Assembly (NCBI RefSeq): GCF_000237865.1 | Contig: NC_017459.1 | Span: 30,001 to 62,000, forward strand | Direction of reading: 5' to 3' | DNA length: 32,000 nucleotides | Source: Haloquadratum walsbyi C23 | Lineage (GTDB): Archaea; Halobacteriota; Halobacteria; Halobacteriales; Haloferacaceae | In this document: positions 1 to 8,704 of the stretch, in pieces | How positions within the stretch are numbered: position 1 is the stretch's first letter | Layout: every line of letters begins with the position of its first letter | The notes under the pieces: generated by a model | What the model saw: only the letters and a program-made list of their open reading frames with translations | Database searches by the model: none | What the model was told of the DNA's origin: nothing | Position numbers and translations under genes: made by a program

Positions 1-1343
1 GCAGCGTCATCAGCAAGGTTTTGTGCTTGAGTCTGTTCTGTTGCTTCTGCGTACACCCGTATTACCGGTTCTGTTCCTGACGGTCGAATAAGCACCCATG
101 CGTCACCATAATCAAGCCGATACCCATCAATCGTGTTTGGTGTTACATCAGCTTCCTCTGCAAACTCCTCCGCACCTCTCATTAACGCCTCTAGCTCTTT
201 CTCAGAACCATGTTCAATATTGATTCGGGCGTTTGCATACTTAGTATATGGCTCAATGATACTACTCGCTGGCTGTTCACAAATTAACCGCAGGAACTTC
301 GCTCCGATATATGCTCCATCACGAACCAACCGGAACTTCGGAAAAAATATACCTCCGTTACCTTCGCCAGCAACTGGAACTGACACTCCGGATTTCTGTA
401 ATTCCTGAATCCTTGTAATAATATTTGTTGACCCAATTGGGGTTAGTTCTAGTGTAGCGTCAACACGGTTACATACGTCAACAAGGCGTTGTGATACATT
501 TACCGCAGCAACGGTTGCGCTATTGCTATCAAGTTCAGCCGCGGCAAGTGCAGCAAGTGATGCCTCACCGGCGATTTGTTTCCCTTGTTCATCAATGAAG
601 ACAGCGCGGTCGGCATCACCATCGTGTGCAATACCAATATCGGCGTTCGAGGCGGTCACAAGCGACCGAAGCGCAGTAAGATTTGAAGCGATTGGTTCAG
701 ACGGGCGACCAGGAAAATGACCATCCGGTGTTGCATTCACCGTCACGACATCGCATCCAAGTTTACGAAAAAACTGTGGGCTGGTCAGACATCCTGCTCC
801 ATGTCCTGGATCAATAGCGACAGTAAGATTAGCATCTGCAATTGCCTCACGAGACCCATCTTGTTCAAGTGCAGTGAGCAACTTATCGATATATTCAGTA
901 TTGACCGTTTCAGTCCGCGTTATCGATCCTATATTATCCCATGATGCCGGTGTAAAATCCTCGTTGAGTACACATGCTTCAATCCGTTCGAGCCCCTCAA
1001 CCCCAATCTCAACCCCAGTTTCTCCGATGAGCTTCACTCCATTATACTCCGGTGGATTATGTGATGCGGTGATTACTATGCCAGGGCGATCAGTTTCACC
1101 GGCATAATGGACCACACTAGGAGTTGGAGTCACTCCAAGTCGTATGACATCAATCCCGACACTTGTAAGCCCACTCACAGCCGCATTCACGAAGGACTGA
1201 CTGCTTGTTCGAGTATCACGTGCGATGATAGCCTGATTAGCCTCCCATACCGTCCCAGCCGCCTTCGCGACTTGTAGTACGAGTTCAGGTGTTATCCCCT
1301 CCCCAACAACCCCTCGAGTGCCACTCGAACCGAACAGCTTCAT
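1..1343 (-). CDS. phosphohexomutase (phosphoglucosamine/phosphomannomutase family); 3' end runs off the window
   Basis: Not in the ORF track because there is no stop in the window. My own translation of the minus strand from the ATG at 1343-1341 gives MKLFGSSGTRGVVGEGITPELVLQVAKAAG...RPGIVITASHNPPEYNGVKL...ADIGIAHDGDADRAVF. It carries the alpha-D-phosphohexomutase phosphoserine loop (TASHNP) and metal-binding loop (DGDADR). The frame stays open to position 1. Confidence 0.85.
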   Translation of the reverse strand, partial: MKLFGSSGTRGVVGEGITPELVLQVAKAAGTVWEANQAIIARDTRTSSQSFVNAAVSGLTSVGIDVIRLGVTPTPSVVHYAGETDRPGIVITASHNPPEYNGVKLIGETGVEIGVEGLERIEACVLNEDFTPASWDNIGSITRTETVNTEYIDKLLTALEQDGSREAIADANLTVAIDPGHGAGCLTSPQFFRKLGCDVVTVNATPDGHFPGRPSEPIASNLTALRSLVTASNADIGIAHDGDADRAVFIDEQGKQIAGEASLAALAAAELDSNSATVAAVNVSQRLVDVCNRVDATLELTPIGSTNIITRIQELQKSGVSVPVAGEGNGGIFFPKFRLVRDGAYIGAKFLRLICEQPASSIIEPYTKYANARINIEHGSEKELEALMRGAEEFAEEADVTPNTIDGYRLDYGDAWVLIRPSGTEPVIRVYAEATEQTQAQNLADDA

Positions 1344-1544
1344 ATCTCAGTGCTCATGTGCCGACCTAAAAGCGATTGCGGACTATGACGTAATCTAACG
1401 ATTATTTATAGACCAACGATCACATCCAGTTTCACCCTGGTGAACCACCTCGGGGTCAAGCGTCGGGCTATTCGCCTTGTCTGTTGATAAAATAACCTGT
1501 GGTGCTTGGATTACGATATAATACATCTTTTATCATTATCGGTG

Positions 1545-1550
1545 TATTTA
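1545..1550 (+). promoter_or_regulatory. candidate TATA box for hisA (near-leaderless transcript)
   Basis: TATTTA is centred about 33 nt upstream of the hisA ATG (1581) in AT-rich DNA. The spacing fits archaeal TATA at about -27 from a start site close to the ATG. Sequence-only guess. Confidence 0.3.
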
Positions 1551-1580
1551 GGTTTCAGTCAAATCAACATTCATGCGTAC

Positions 1581-2318
1581 ATGTCCACGCTGTTCGAGTC
1601 ATTTGAGGTTATTCCAGCTGTAGATATGCAAGATGGCGATGTTGTTCAACTCGTACAGGGTGAACGGGGGACAGAGACACGATATGGCGATCCTGTTGTC
1701 GCAGCAAAGCAATGGGTTGAGGCTGGTGCCAAGACACTTCATCTCGTTGATCTGGATGGTGCTTTTGAGGGTGACCGAATGAATGCAACTGCTGTTGACG
1801 CGATCATTGACGCTGTTGATATTCCCGTTCAACTCGGTGGAGGGATCCGAACGGCTAATGATGCCGCTTCACTACTCGATCGCGGTGTCAACCGAGTGAT
1901 TCTCGGTACTGCAGCTGTCGAAAATCCTGATCTTGTCGCTGAACTCGCCGAGTCATATCCAGGTCGTATCATTGTGAGTCTTGATGCTGCAGATGGTGAG
2001 GTTGTTGTCTCAGGATGGACAGAGTCGACTGGCATTGACCCTGCAGTCGCTGCGGCTCGATTTGCAGATTATGGTGCTTGTGGTATCTTATTTACCGACG
2101 TTGATGTCGAGGGGAAACTTGCGGGAATTCAATCAAGTGTCACTGCCCGTGTCATTGATGCAGTCGATATCCCTGTTATTGCCTCTGGCGGTGTTGCATC
2201 ACTTGATGATATCCAGACACTGCATATGACCGGCGCGGCAGCAACTGTGGTCGGCACTGCCCTATATGAGAATAAATTCACGCTTGCAGATGCAATGGAA
2301 GTGTGTGAATCTGATTAA
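1581..2318 (+). CDS. hisA: ProFAR isomerase HisA (histidine biosynthesis)
   Basis: Track ORF 1506-2318; its TTG-initiated N-terminal extension is hydrophobic junk. The conserved sequence starts at ATG 1581: MSTLFESFEVIPAVDMQDGDVVQLVQGERG...LHLVDLDGAFEG...GGGIR...ASGGV. These are typical HisA (beta/alpha)8 motifs. Confidence 0.9.
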   Translation: MSTLFESFEVIPAVDMQDGDVVQLVQGERGTETRYGDPVVAAKQWVEAGAKTLHLVDLDGAFEGDRMNATAVDAIIDAVDIPVQLGGGIRTANDAASLLDRGVNRVILGTAAVENPDLVAELAESYPGRIIVSLDAADGEVVVSGWTESTGIDPAVAAARFADYGACGILFTDVDVEGKLAGIQSSVTARVIDAVDIPVIASGGVASLDDIQTLHMTGAAATVVGTALYENKFTLADAMEVCESD

Positions 2319-2485
2319 CGCAAAATTATCTGAGATAGACTCATACTGCGTTGACTCCTTGTCTATATACACTGCATCGAAGTATCCCCCAACATTCCAG
2401 ATGAGTCGACAGTTATCTAACCTCCACAGCTTATATCAAATAAAAAAGACGGAACGATGATACAGGCGGATAACGAAATTAAGGT

Positions 2486-3112
2486 ATGACTGAGGATACG
2501 GAAACATCATCAACCGGTGCAGGTGCAGATGATCGAACAGCCGCAATTTCACGTGAGACCGCCGAGACCACAATCAACGTGACACTCGCAGTCGATGGTG
2601 ATGGAGAAGCAACGGTCGATACAGGAATTGGATTCTTCGATCATATGCTTGAAACGTTCGCAAAACACGGACTGTTTGATCTGACTGTCCGCTGTGATGG
2701 CGACCTCGATATTGATGATCACCATACTGTTGAAGACGTTGGGATTGTTCTTGGCAAGTCATTTAATAATGCACTTGGTGAGAAGCGAGGAATTGTCCGC
2801 TATGCTGATCGCTCAGTTCCACTTGATGAAGCGGTCGCGACAGTAATAGCTGATATTAGTGGTCGCCCACACTTCGAGTTTTCAGGTTCATTCTCACAAC
2901 CGCAGATCGGCGGATTCACCAGCGACATGGCACGCCATTTCGCTTATTCATTCACAATGCACTCGGAAATAACACTTCATGCGTCTATTGAAGGAATAAA
3001 TGCACATCATGAGGTCGAAGCATTATTTAAATCACTCGCGCGAACGCTCGATGAAGCAACACAACTCGACCCTCGACGGGGTGATACCCCAAGTACGAAA
3101 GGTGAACTATAA
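2486..3112 (+). CDS. hisB: imidazoleglycerol-phosphate dehydratase HisB
   Basis: 208 aa containing [30 protein letters not shown] and [19 protein letters not shown], the characteristic IGPD histidine-rich metal-binding motifs. Lies downstream of hisA on the same strand. Confidence 0.92.
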   Translation: MTEDTETSSTGAGADDRTAAISRETAETTINVTLAVDGDGEATVDTGIGFFDHMLETFAKHGLFDLTVRCDGDLDIDDHHTVEDVGIVLGKSFNNALGEKRGIVRYADRSVPLDEAVATVIADISGRPHFEFSGSFSQPQIGGFTSDMARHFAYSFTMHSEITLHASIEGINAHHEVEALFKSLARTLDEATQLDPRRGDTPSTKGEL

Positions 3113-3315
3113 TCCTATCAGGATCGGTCGAATCGAACTTAGATATTGAGCTATACTATATCAACTAACTCTTGACCCACCTGCTCTTGAAATGTTTCTC
3201 CCTACTGTCTTTTCGCCTGCTGACTGGATTCGAGAACATTATTTATAGACAAAATATAGGTCACCTATAGGCGCCCTACACTAGTTCTTTTGTGCACCCC
3301 TACAGAGTGAATAAT

Positions 3316-3819
3316 ATGTTTGATGAGATTATGCAGAAATTTGAAGAAAGCCCAAGCCAGCAGGCTGTCATCCGATTGCTTCTTCAACGGGGATTCTCTG
3401 TCAATGATGAGGGTCGGGTTGTTTCTGGTGGAATCGAAATTCCAAACACGGGCATTGCCCGCGAAATTGACGTTGATCGCCGGGTCGTTGACTCAACTAC
3501 AACGGCAATTCTTAATGATGATGAGTTAAGACGTATTTTCCAAAATATTTCCTCAATTCCAAGCCTAATGGACCTTGCTCCTGTGCTTAATCTTTCGGCA
3601 CTCATTGTCGAAGTAAATAACGCCGATCAACCTGGACTCGTTGCTGCCATTGCCACCCGTCTTGCCGACCGAAACATTTCAATTCGCCAGACAATTAGCG
3701 AGGATCCTGAATTTACTGATGATCCAAAGTTATATATTGTCACCGATGATCCAATTCCTGGTGAATTAGTAAATGAGCTTACCGAACTCTCATTCGTTTA
3801 TCGAATTTCACTTGCGTGA
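3316..3819 (+). CDS. ACT-domain regulatory protein (archaeal COG2150-like predicted regulator of amino-acid metabolism)
   Basis: Track ORF 3292-3819; the likely start is ATG 3316 (MFDEIMQKFEESPSQQAVIRLLLQRGF...). It has an N-terminal HTH-like segment and a C-terminal ACT-like segment (LIVEVNNADQPGLVAAIATRLADRNISIRQ). Family assignment is from memory of the fold pattern and has not been searched. Confidence 0.7.
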   Translation: MFDEIMQKFEESPSQQAVIRLLLQRGFSVNDEGRVVSGGIEIPNTGIAREIDVDRRVVDSTTTAILNDDELRRIFQNISSIPSLMDLAPVLNLSALIVEVNNADQPGLVAAIATRLADRNISIRQTISEDPEFTDDPKLYIVTDDPIPGELVNELTELSFVYRISLA

Positions 3820-3899
3820 ATTACAAAGAATCGAGGAGAAAGTCTCACATTTTACCGTTGAGATGAATCCGACACTACCCTTCACACTCTACCGTTCGA

Positions 3900-3929
3900 T
3901 GACACAGCTAGATATTCCACACTGTGTCA
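3900..3929 (+). repeat. perfect 8-bp inverted repeat TGACACAG-N14-CTGTGTCA; probable subterminal left-end hairpin of the IS200/IS605-family remnant
   Basis: Read directly: TGACACAG at 3900-3907 and CTGTGTCA at 3922-3929. It sits 40 nt upstream of the tnpB-fragment ATG. Confidence 0.5.
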
Positions 3930-3968
3930 ATACATATCTTCAAATAACTTTGTCTATATGGGCTACGC

Positions 3969-4328
3969 ATGGCGGAACAGGTCGTTACTCGCACCTACAC
4001 TGCGTCCATACAGAACCAGTCTCAGATGCAAAACCATCTTAATTTACTCGGGTTCGCCATTTTGAATCCTTGGAACGTCGGACGGTGGGTATACAGTCGC
4101 ATCTGGGATGAAATTGATCGCATTCCCAACCACAACGAACTTATCATATATCTCACAACCCACGAACGCTATGATGATTTGCATTCTCAGTCAAGTCAGC
4201 AAGTTCTTCAAGAACTCGCTGAGGCGTTCACCGGTCGGTGCGGCAAACAACGCAACGGAGACATAAAAATGAACCCGCCCGATTACCGCAAACACGGCGA
4301 CAAGCACCCGCATTCCACGGTTCCGTAA
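3969..4328 (+). pseudogene. tnpB: N-terminal fragment (119 aa) of an IS1341-type (IS200/IS605 family) TnpB/OrfB transposase-associated nuclease
   Basis: MAEQVVTRTYTASIQNQSQ...YDDLHSQSSQQVLQELAEAF...NPPDYRKHGDKHPHSTVP matches the N-terminal blocks I recognise in haloarchaeal IS1341-type TnpB proteins (DLHSQSSQ.VL.ELAEAF, NPPGYRK). Full-length proteins are more than 400 aa. The RuvC, zinc-finger and 3' RNA-encoding parts are missing. Confidence 0.8.
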
Positions 4329-4335
4329 ATATATC

Positions 4336-5016
4336 ATGACCGACCCATCTCCCTCTTCAACCAATGATGGCACTCAGTCATTCCGAACGGTGCAAACTCG
4401 TGGAAGTGTCTCTTTCAGTATCCGTGGGTCAGAGTTTATTGGGGTGGTCGCTCCTGTTAAAACAGTCGCTGAAGCTGAAAACTTCATTAATATGATTCAA
4501 GAAGAATATACTGATGCGACGCATGTCGTTCCTGCATACCGTGTACCTGACAGAACTAATACTACAACAACAAAAATAGACACTGAATCTGCTATTGGGT
4601 CATTTTTGCGAGAATATCAATCCGATGACGGAGAGCCAGCAGGCTCAGCGGGAAAACCGGCACTCAATGTTCTCGTTCAGGAAGAGCTTCGAAATGTCGT
4701 TACAGCGGTAATCCGATATTACGGCGGAACAAATCTTGGGATTGGAAGACTCACACGAGCATACAGCCGTGCTGTTTCTGATGCAATTCAGGGAGCAGAT
4801 GTCGTCGAAAAAAAGCCACATGAATATATCACCATCACAGTTGAGTACGATGACTCTGGGACCGTTCGTCGTCTCCTGAGGAGCGCTGATATTGAATTTG
4901 AAGCATCATATGATACTGTTGTTACCTTCTCTGTCGATGTTCCAACCAACAAGACAGCAACGCTTTGTGATCAGATTCAAAGTGCAACAAGCGGACGGGC
5001 AACGATTGATACATAG
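4336..5016 (+). CDS. YigZ / IMPACT family protein (UPF0029)
   Basis: 226 aa with RGSEFIGVVAPVKTVAEAENFI, DDGEPAGSAGKPALNVL and VIRYYGGTNLGIGRLTRAY, which are the N-terminal IMPACT/UPF0029 signature blocks. Confidence 0.85.
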   Translation: MTDPSPSSTNDGTQSFRTVQTRGSVSFSIRGSEFIGVVAPVKTVAEAENFINMIQEEYTDATHVVPAYRVPDRTNTTTTKIDTESAIGSFLREYQSDDGEPAGSAGKPALNVLVQEELRNVVTAVIRYYGGTNLGIGRLTRAYSRAVSDAIQGADVVEKKPHEYITITVEYDDSGTVRRLLRSADIEFEASYDTVVTFSVDVPTNKTATLCDQIQSATSGRATIDT

Positions 5017-5106
5017 CTGCCTCTCTGAGCTCAAATTAAACGCTAATTGATCATGAGAGTATCATTTGAGAGATCTATTTAATATAATACTATTATGTGA
5101 ATATTA

Positions 5107-5400
5107 CCCACAGTAGTAATCAATTATCCAATTGTGGGGCGATTCAGTTGCTTCGATTCGATAGTAGACCAACAGACGAATACGACACTCTAAGTGAAAC
5201 AGAGGGGTTGCTCTACACCTGACACCCTCCTCTGCGTGAACGCGGGGGAATCCCACGGCACTGCAGCGCTGCGCTGAGTTGGGAGTTTCAGGTGCAGATT
5301 CACAGACTGCCAAACTCACGCACCGTGGGAATCGGTAGGCACCCAGGGAACGGACAACCTCTTAAGAACGGGTTTCTGCCCCGAAATTCTATGAGTTTTT
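5107..5400 (+). ncRNA. candidate structured non-coding RNA of unknown family (about 290 nt)
   Basis: A G+C-rich island sits in AT-rich intergenic DNA with no credible ORF. TTTAATATA (5078-5086) lies about 25-30 nt upstream and a T5 run (5396-5400) lies at the 3' side. Several helices are visible: 5107-5112/5133-5138, 5200-5207/5227-5234 and 5252-5258/5323-5329. Strand and identity are uncertain. Confidence 0.35.
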
Positions 5401-5477
5401 CCAGGAGTCACCACTCAATCCATCATAATATATTCAATAGAATAAATTGAATACGTTATATCACATCTTGAAGTGAT

Positions 5478-6158
5478 CTAGACCGTCCGAAAGGCTCGAT
5501 CCCCTGCATCCCCTAATCCAGGGACGATATATCCCTCATCATCAAGATAATCATCGATTGCAACAGTCAGCAGATCTGCGCTTGGGAACTCTGATCCGAC
5601 GTGGAGAAGCCCTTCTGGGGCTGATACTGCTGAGAGCACAAAGAGATTCTTTGGTTTACTTTCTGCGGCATCATTAACATGATCCAACACTGCACACATC
5701 GTTGATCCGGTCGCAAGCATTGGATCTGCGACCACAACAGTGTCATTAGCAGTAATTTCTGGTAACTTAACATAATCAATGGTAATTGGAAACATACCGT
5801 CTTTATTCATCCCAGCGGCCTCATCACGTCCTGCGCTGATTACACCCTGCTTCGCGCGCGGGAACGCCTTTAATAGTCCCTCAACAAATGGTGTTGCGGC
5901 TCTGAGAACATTGACAATAACAATATTATCAAGTCCACTTACTTGCTCTCCGGTTGTCTCTGTTAATGGTGTCTGAACGTGCGCATACTCAGTTTCCATC
6001 GCGCCGTCGATAATCTCATATCCACAGATCCGCCCAAGCTTAACCAGTCCCTTGCGGAAAGCAACCTGTTCTGTTTCAATGTCTCGAAGTTGCGAGAGGG
6101 TGTCCTTTGCAAGTGCATGTGTGATAAGATACGCGTTGTCTCGATCTTCAATAGGCAT
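5478..6158 (-). CDS. upp: uracil phosphoribosyltransferase
   Basis: Track ORF 5478-6212. Conserved sequence begins at [21 protein letters not shown] (ATG at 6158); in-frame ATGs further upstream reach 6212. It has the PRPP-binding motif [14 protein letters not shown] and the C-terminal [14 protein letters not shown]. Confidence 0.9.
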   Translation of the reverse strand: MPIEDRDNAYLITHALAKDTLSQLRDIETEQVAFRKGLVKLGRICGYEIIDGAMETEYAHVQTPLTETTGEQVSGLDNIVIVNVLRAATPFVEGLLKAFPRAKQGVISAGRDEAAGMNKDGMFPITIDYVKLPEITANDTVVVADPMLATGSTMCAVLDHVNDAAESKPKNLFVLSAVSAPEGLLHVGSEFPSADLLTVAIDDYLDDEGYIVPGLGDAGDRAFRTV

Positions 6159-6296
6159 CCTGACCAAATCCGGATTGCCCATCATCATAACTCCCGGGGT
6201 TATTTTGCTCATTATCTATCCTCACTTTATCAAACAGATGCTCTGACTTTGCGTCCAGGCACAATACCATATCGTGCCCTCAGGATATGTCGATGT

Positions 6297-6479
6297 TCAC
6301 ATAACAATTGCGTATGTCACGGCTGCAATGATGAGTGTTAGTGTGACTACGTTTATCAGCGAGAACGTTGCAATCTCTATGAAGCTCAGACCCCAGATAA
6401 TCCCGGTTCCAAAAACTGCAGAGAGTATAATGTTCATCGCGAAGAGTACTCGCGGGTCTCCGTCTGAACGTTTCTCCAT
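6297..6479 (-). CDS. small hypothetical membrane protein (2 predicted TM helices)
   Basis: 60 aa with two clear hydrophobic helices (VLFAMNIILSAVFGTGIIWGLSF and LINVVTLTLIIAAVTYAIV). Same strand as upp and just upstream of it. The competing plus-strand ORF 6274-6492 has no such structure. Confidence 0.45.
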   Translation of the reverse strand: MEKRSDGDPRVLFAMNIILSAVFGTGIIWGLSFIEIATFSLINVVTLTLIIAAVTYAIVM

Positions 6480-6631
6480 ACGTGAAGCATAATGGTATGG
6501 GTACTTATGTTATTGCGTCACCTTGCCGACCCGCGTGTGAACTAAAACGCCAGCTTTTATTTGGAATACATATTGAGATATGAAATCTCACTAGACAACT
6601 TTATGACACATCTCTGGTTAGTTACAACTAC

Positions 6632-6979
6632 ATGAAAAAGTCATATTATGAGTATCTCATCACAAACCGTCATGGTGAGACAGTGGATCCGGTTCCATTT
6701 ATTGTAATCACTGGATCAACCTGGTTATTATGTCTTTCATTCGGACCATTGTATCTCGATTTATTCGGAATACCATGGACCCAAGGTCTCCTTACTTGTG
6801 CAATACTTGCAGTAATTGCTTCATCGTGGGCATATCGGCGTTTTGTCTGGACCGTTGATCCAGCGGTACAAGATAGCCTCCCTGCTGGCATTCGATTTCA
6901 TCGCCTCTGCCTTGGTGGAGTTATCTTTGGGACGATACTTATTATACTTGCATTTATCGCTGCTGTGATGATTGCCTGA
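6632..6979 (+). CDS. hypothetical membrane protein (about 3 TM helices)
   Basis: 115 aa with hydrophobic segments FIVITGSTWLLCLSF, LLTCAILAVIASSWAY and LGGVIFGTILIILAFIAAVMIA. No family recognised. Confidence 0.6.
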   Translation: MKKSYYEYLITNRHGETVDPVPFIVITGSTWLLCLSFGPLYLDLFGIPWTQGLLTCAILAVIASSWAYRRFVWTVDPAVQDSLPAGIRFHRLCLGGVIFGTILIILAFIAAVMIA

Positions 6980-7052
6980 TGAGACGGTGTAATGTGCTCT
7001 CATGAGCGTTACTTCGAGCGCTTGTGTATTCTGTCTGGACGAGCGAGCGAGA

Positions 7053-7058
7053 TTTATA
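7053..7058 (+). promoter_or_regulatory. candidate TATA box for the zinc-finger gene
   Basis: TTTATA is centred about 30 nt upstream of ATG 7086, which is leaderless-type spacing. Confidence 0.3.
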
Positions 7059-7085
7059 CCTCCCTCACAAATATAATAGATAATC

Positions 7086-7304
7086 ATGGGATTGATTAGT
7101 ACTCTCATCGACACGTTTGAAGCCTCAACAGAATCACCAAACCGGGGAACAGATAATTCGTCTCGAGGGGCATACTGGTGTCATGACTGCAATGAGCGGA
7201 TTCCTGCAAGTGATATTGATGAAATGAAAACGCCGAATTGTCCGGAGTGTGATAATGAAATGACACTTGAACGCTCACCAAGTTCAACCGGGTGTGCCTG
7301 CTAG
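7086..7304 (+). CDS. small CPxCG-related zinc-finger protein
   Basis: 72 aa with paired Cys knuckles CHDC...CPEC (YWCHDCNERIP...TPNCPECDNEM), typical of haloarchaeal small zinc-ribbon proteins. Otherwise acidic. Confidence 0.7.
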   Translation: MGLISTLIDTFEASTESPNRGTDNSSRGAYWCHDCNERIPASDIDEMKTPNCPECDNEMTLERSPSSTGCAC

Positions 7305-7349
7305 TCAGATCTAAATCTGGGATATTCTGTCAGGTTGATTCTTTTCGCA

Positions 7350-8669
7350 CTATTGCATTGTTGGTCCAGTGAGAGTGAGTTCTTCATCAGGATCCGTCGG
7401 GAACTGTTCAAGCCCACACAATGAATTATTCTTTTCAAATTCTGTGTCAGTAACAATGGCGTCATCAAGTTGAGCAATCAGCGCTTCTGTATCAATATCA
7501 TACCCGATGAAAACTAGTCCCGTCCGTCGGTCACCCCATTCCTCATCCCACTCAAACTCAAGTTCAGAGCGATTATTCCGATATGCATCTTGTTCAAACT
7601 CGGGCAGACTTGCTATCCATCGACCGGTCACTGAGATAATCGCTGATGGGCCTGCTTGACTGAACGTTAGCTGTGCTGTTTCTCGTCCAGCAACCCAGAG
7701 ATGACCTTTTGACCGGACAACGGCTGCCGGAAGATTACTCAGTACGGTAGCAATACGACTGGGATGAAACGGTCTTCGCCGTTCATAGCTGAAAGAGCTA
7801 ATCCCATACCTATCTGCTGGATGAGTATGGCTATGATCATGTTCATGATCATGATTGTCTCTACTCGCATGATTCTGGCTGTGAGTATCCTGTACGCTCT
7901 GTTTTATTTGCTCATCGTGTGTTGTGTTCAATATTTGTTTCCATCCTGCTCGCTCTGCGGCTGTTGCTGGGTCGAACCGATTGATTCCAAGTATTATTGC
8001 TGGATCAACCTTGCTGTACGTTGTTGTGAGAATTCTCGCATCCGGTCGGAGTGTCTCGATAATTTCATTGACATTTGTCTGCTGTTCATTATCAACGAGA
8101 TCAGTCTTATTTATGATGACTACATCCGCAAACTCAACCTGCTCGACAAGCAGTGAGGAAAGTGGTCGTTGATTATCATCAACATCATCATTGCTGGTAT
8201 TTTTGAGTACTTCATCATCCGATGCGTTACCTTCATCAACAATATCTGAAAACTGATACGCGTCAACAACAGCAACAATAGCGTCGATCTGATATCGCGC
8301 AGCCGCCGAAGAGCCCCCAGTGAATAACCGCGCAACGGGTGCTGGTTCGCTAATCCCAGATGGTTCGACTACAAGATAATCAAAGGAATATTCGCCTGCA
8401 AGTTGGACAACAGCGCGTTCAAGATCATCACGAAGCTCACAGCAAATACACCCATTTGAGAGCTCAGCAATAGCATCATCTGTCTCCGTGAGTGCAGACT
8501 GTTCGGCTATAAGATTAGCATCCACATTCAACTCACCCATATCGTTGACTAATACGGCAATAGAGCGATCATCTGATTTCGTAAGCAATCGATTGAGTAA
8601 GGTCGTCTTTCCAGCGCCAAGACTTCCAGTTAAGATTGTTACAGGAGTTTCTATCGAAGTATCCGACAT
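7350..8669 (-). CDS. COG0523 (CobW/ZigA/YjiA-like) G3E-family GTPase metallochaperone with His-rich insert
   Basis: 439 aa with a P-loop (GSLGAGKTTLLNRLL), the CxCC metal motif (GCICCELRDD), NKTD, and a C-terminal CobW_C-like region. The His-rich stretch HDEQIKQSVQDTHSQNHASRDNHDHEHDHSHTH (aa 251-284, nt 7818-7919) sits between the two domains. Confidence 0.9.
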   Translation of the reverse strand: MSDTSIETPVTILTGSLGAGKTTLLNRLLTKSDDRSIAVLVNDMGELNVDANLIAEQSALTETDDAIAELSNGCICCELRDDLERAVVQLAGEYSFDYLVVEPSGISEPAPVARLFTGGSSAAARYQIDAIVAVVDAYQFSDIVDEGNASDDEVLKNTSNDDVDDNQRPLSSLLVEQVEFADVVIINKTDLVDNEQQTNVNEIIETLRPDARILTTTYSKVDPAIILGINRFDPATAAERAGWKQILNTTHDEQIKQSVQDTHSQNHASRDNHDHEHDHSHTHPADRYGISSFSYERRRPFHPSRIATVLSNLPAAVVRSKGHLWVAGRETAQLTFSQAGPSAIISVTGRWIASLPEFEQDAYRNNRSELEFEWDEEWGDRRTGLVFIGYDIDTEALIAQLDDAIVTDTEFEKNNSLCGLEQFPTDPDEELTLTGPTMQ

Positions 8670-8704
8670 AGCATATATTTACACCATGGTCACTTGAGCA
8701 TGCG

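Noticed and set aside
1506-1580. N-terminal extensions implied by the track for hisA (1506), the ACT regulator (3292), thrC (15347), the ArsA partner (8798), serA (18588) and upp (6212).
   Set aside because: The extensions start at TTG/GTG or add hydrophobic or basic residues before the point where conserved family sequence begins. Internal ATGs give canonical N-termini. The upp and serA choices remain somewhat uncertain.
5104-5319. 71-aa minus-strand ORF in the yigZ-upp spacer.
   Set aside because: It is Cys/Arg-rich with no family resemblance, and it coincides with the GC-rich structured segment. More likely non-coding.
5107-5400. Possible identity of the GC-rich island as SRP (7S) RNA or RNase P RNA.
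   Set aside because: On the minus strand, GUCAGGUGUAGAGCAAC (5207-5223) superficially resembles the SRP helix-8 motif GUCAGG-CC-GGAA-GG-AGCA. However, the apical stem and GGAA tetraloop are missing, and there is no long 5'/3' helix-5 pairing. No GGAAAGUCC or ACAGAA..CGG RNase P motifs occur on either strand, and 290 nt is too short for a haloarchaeal RNase P RNA. I therefore keep it as an unnamed candidate only.
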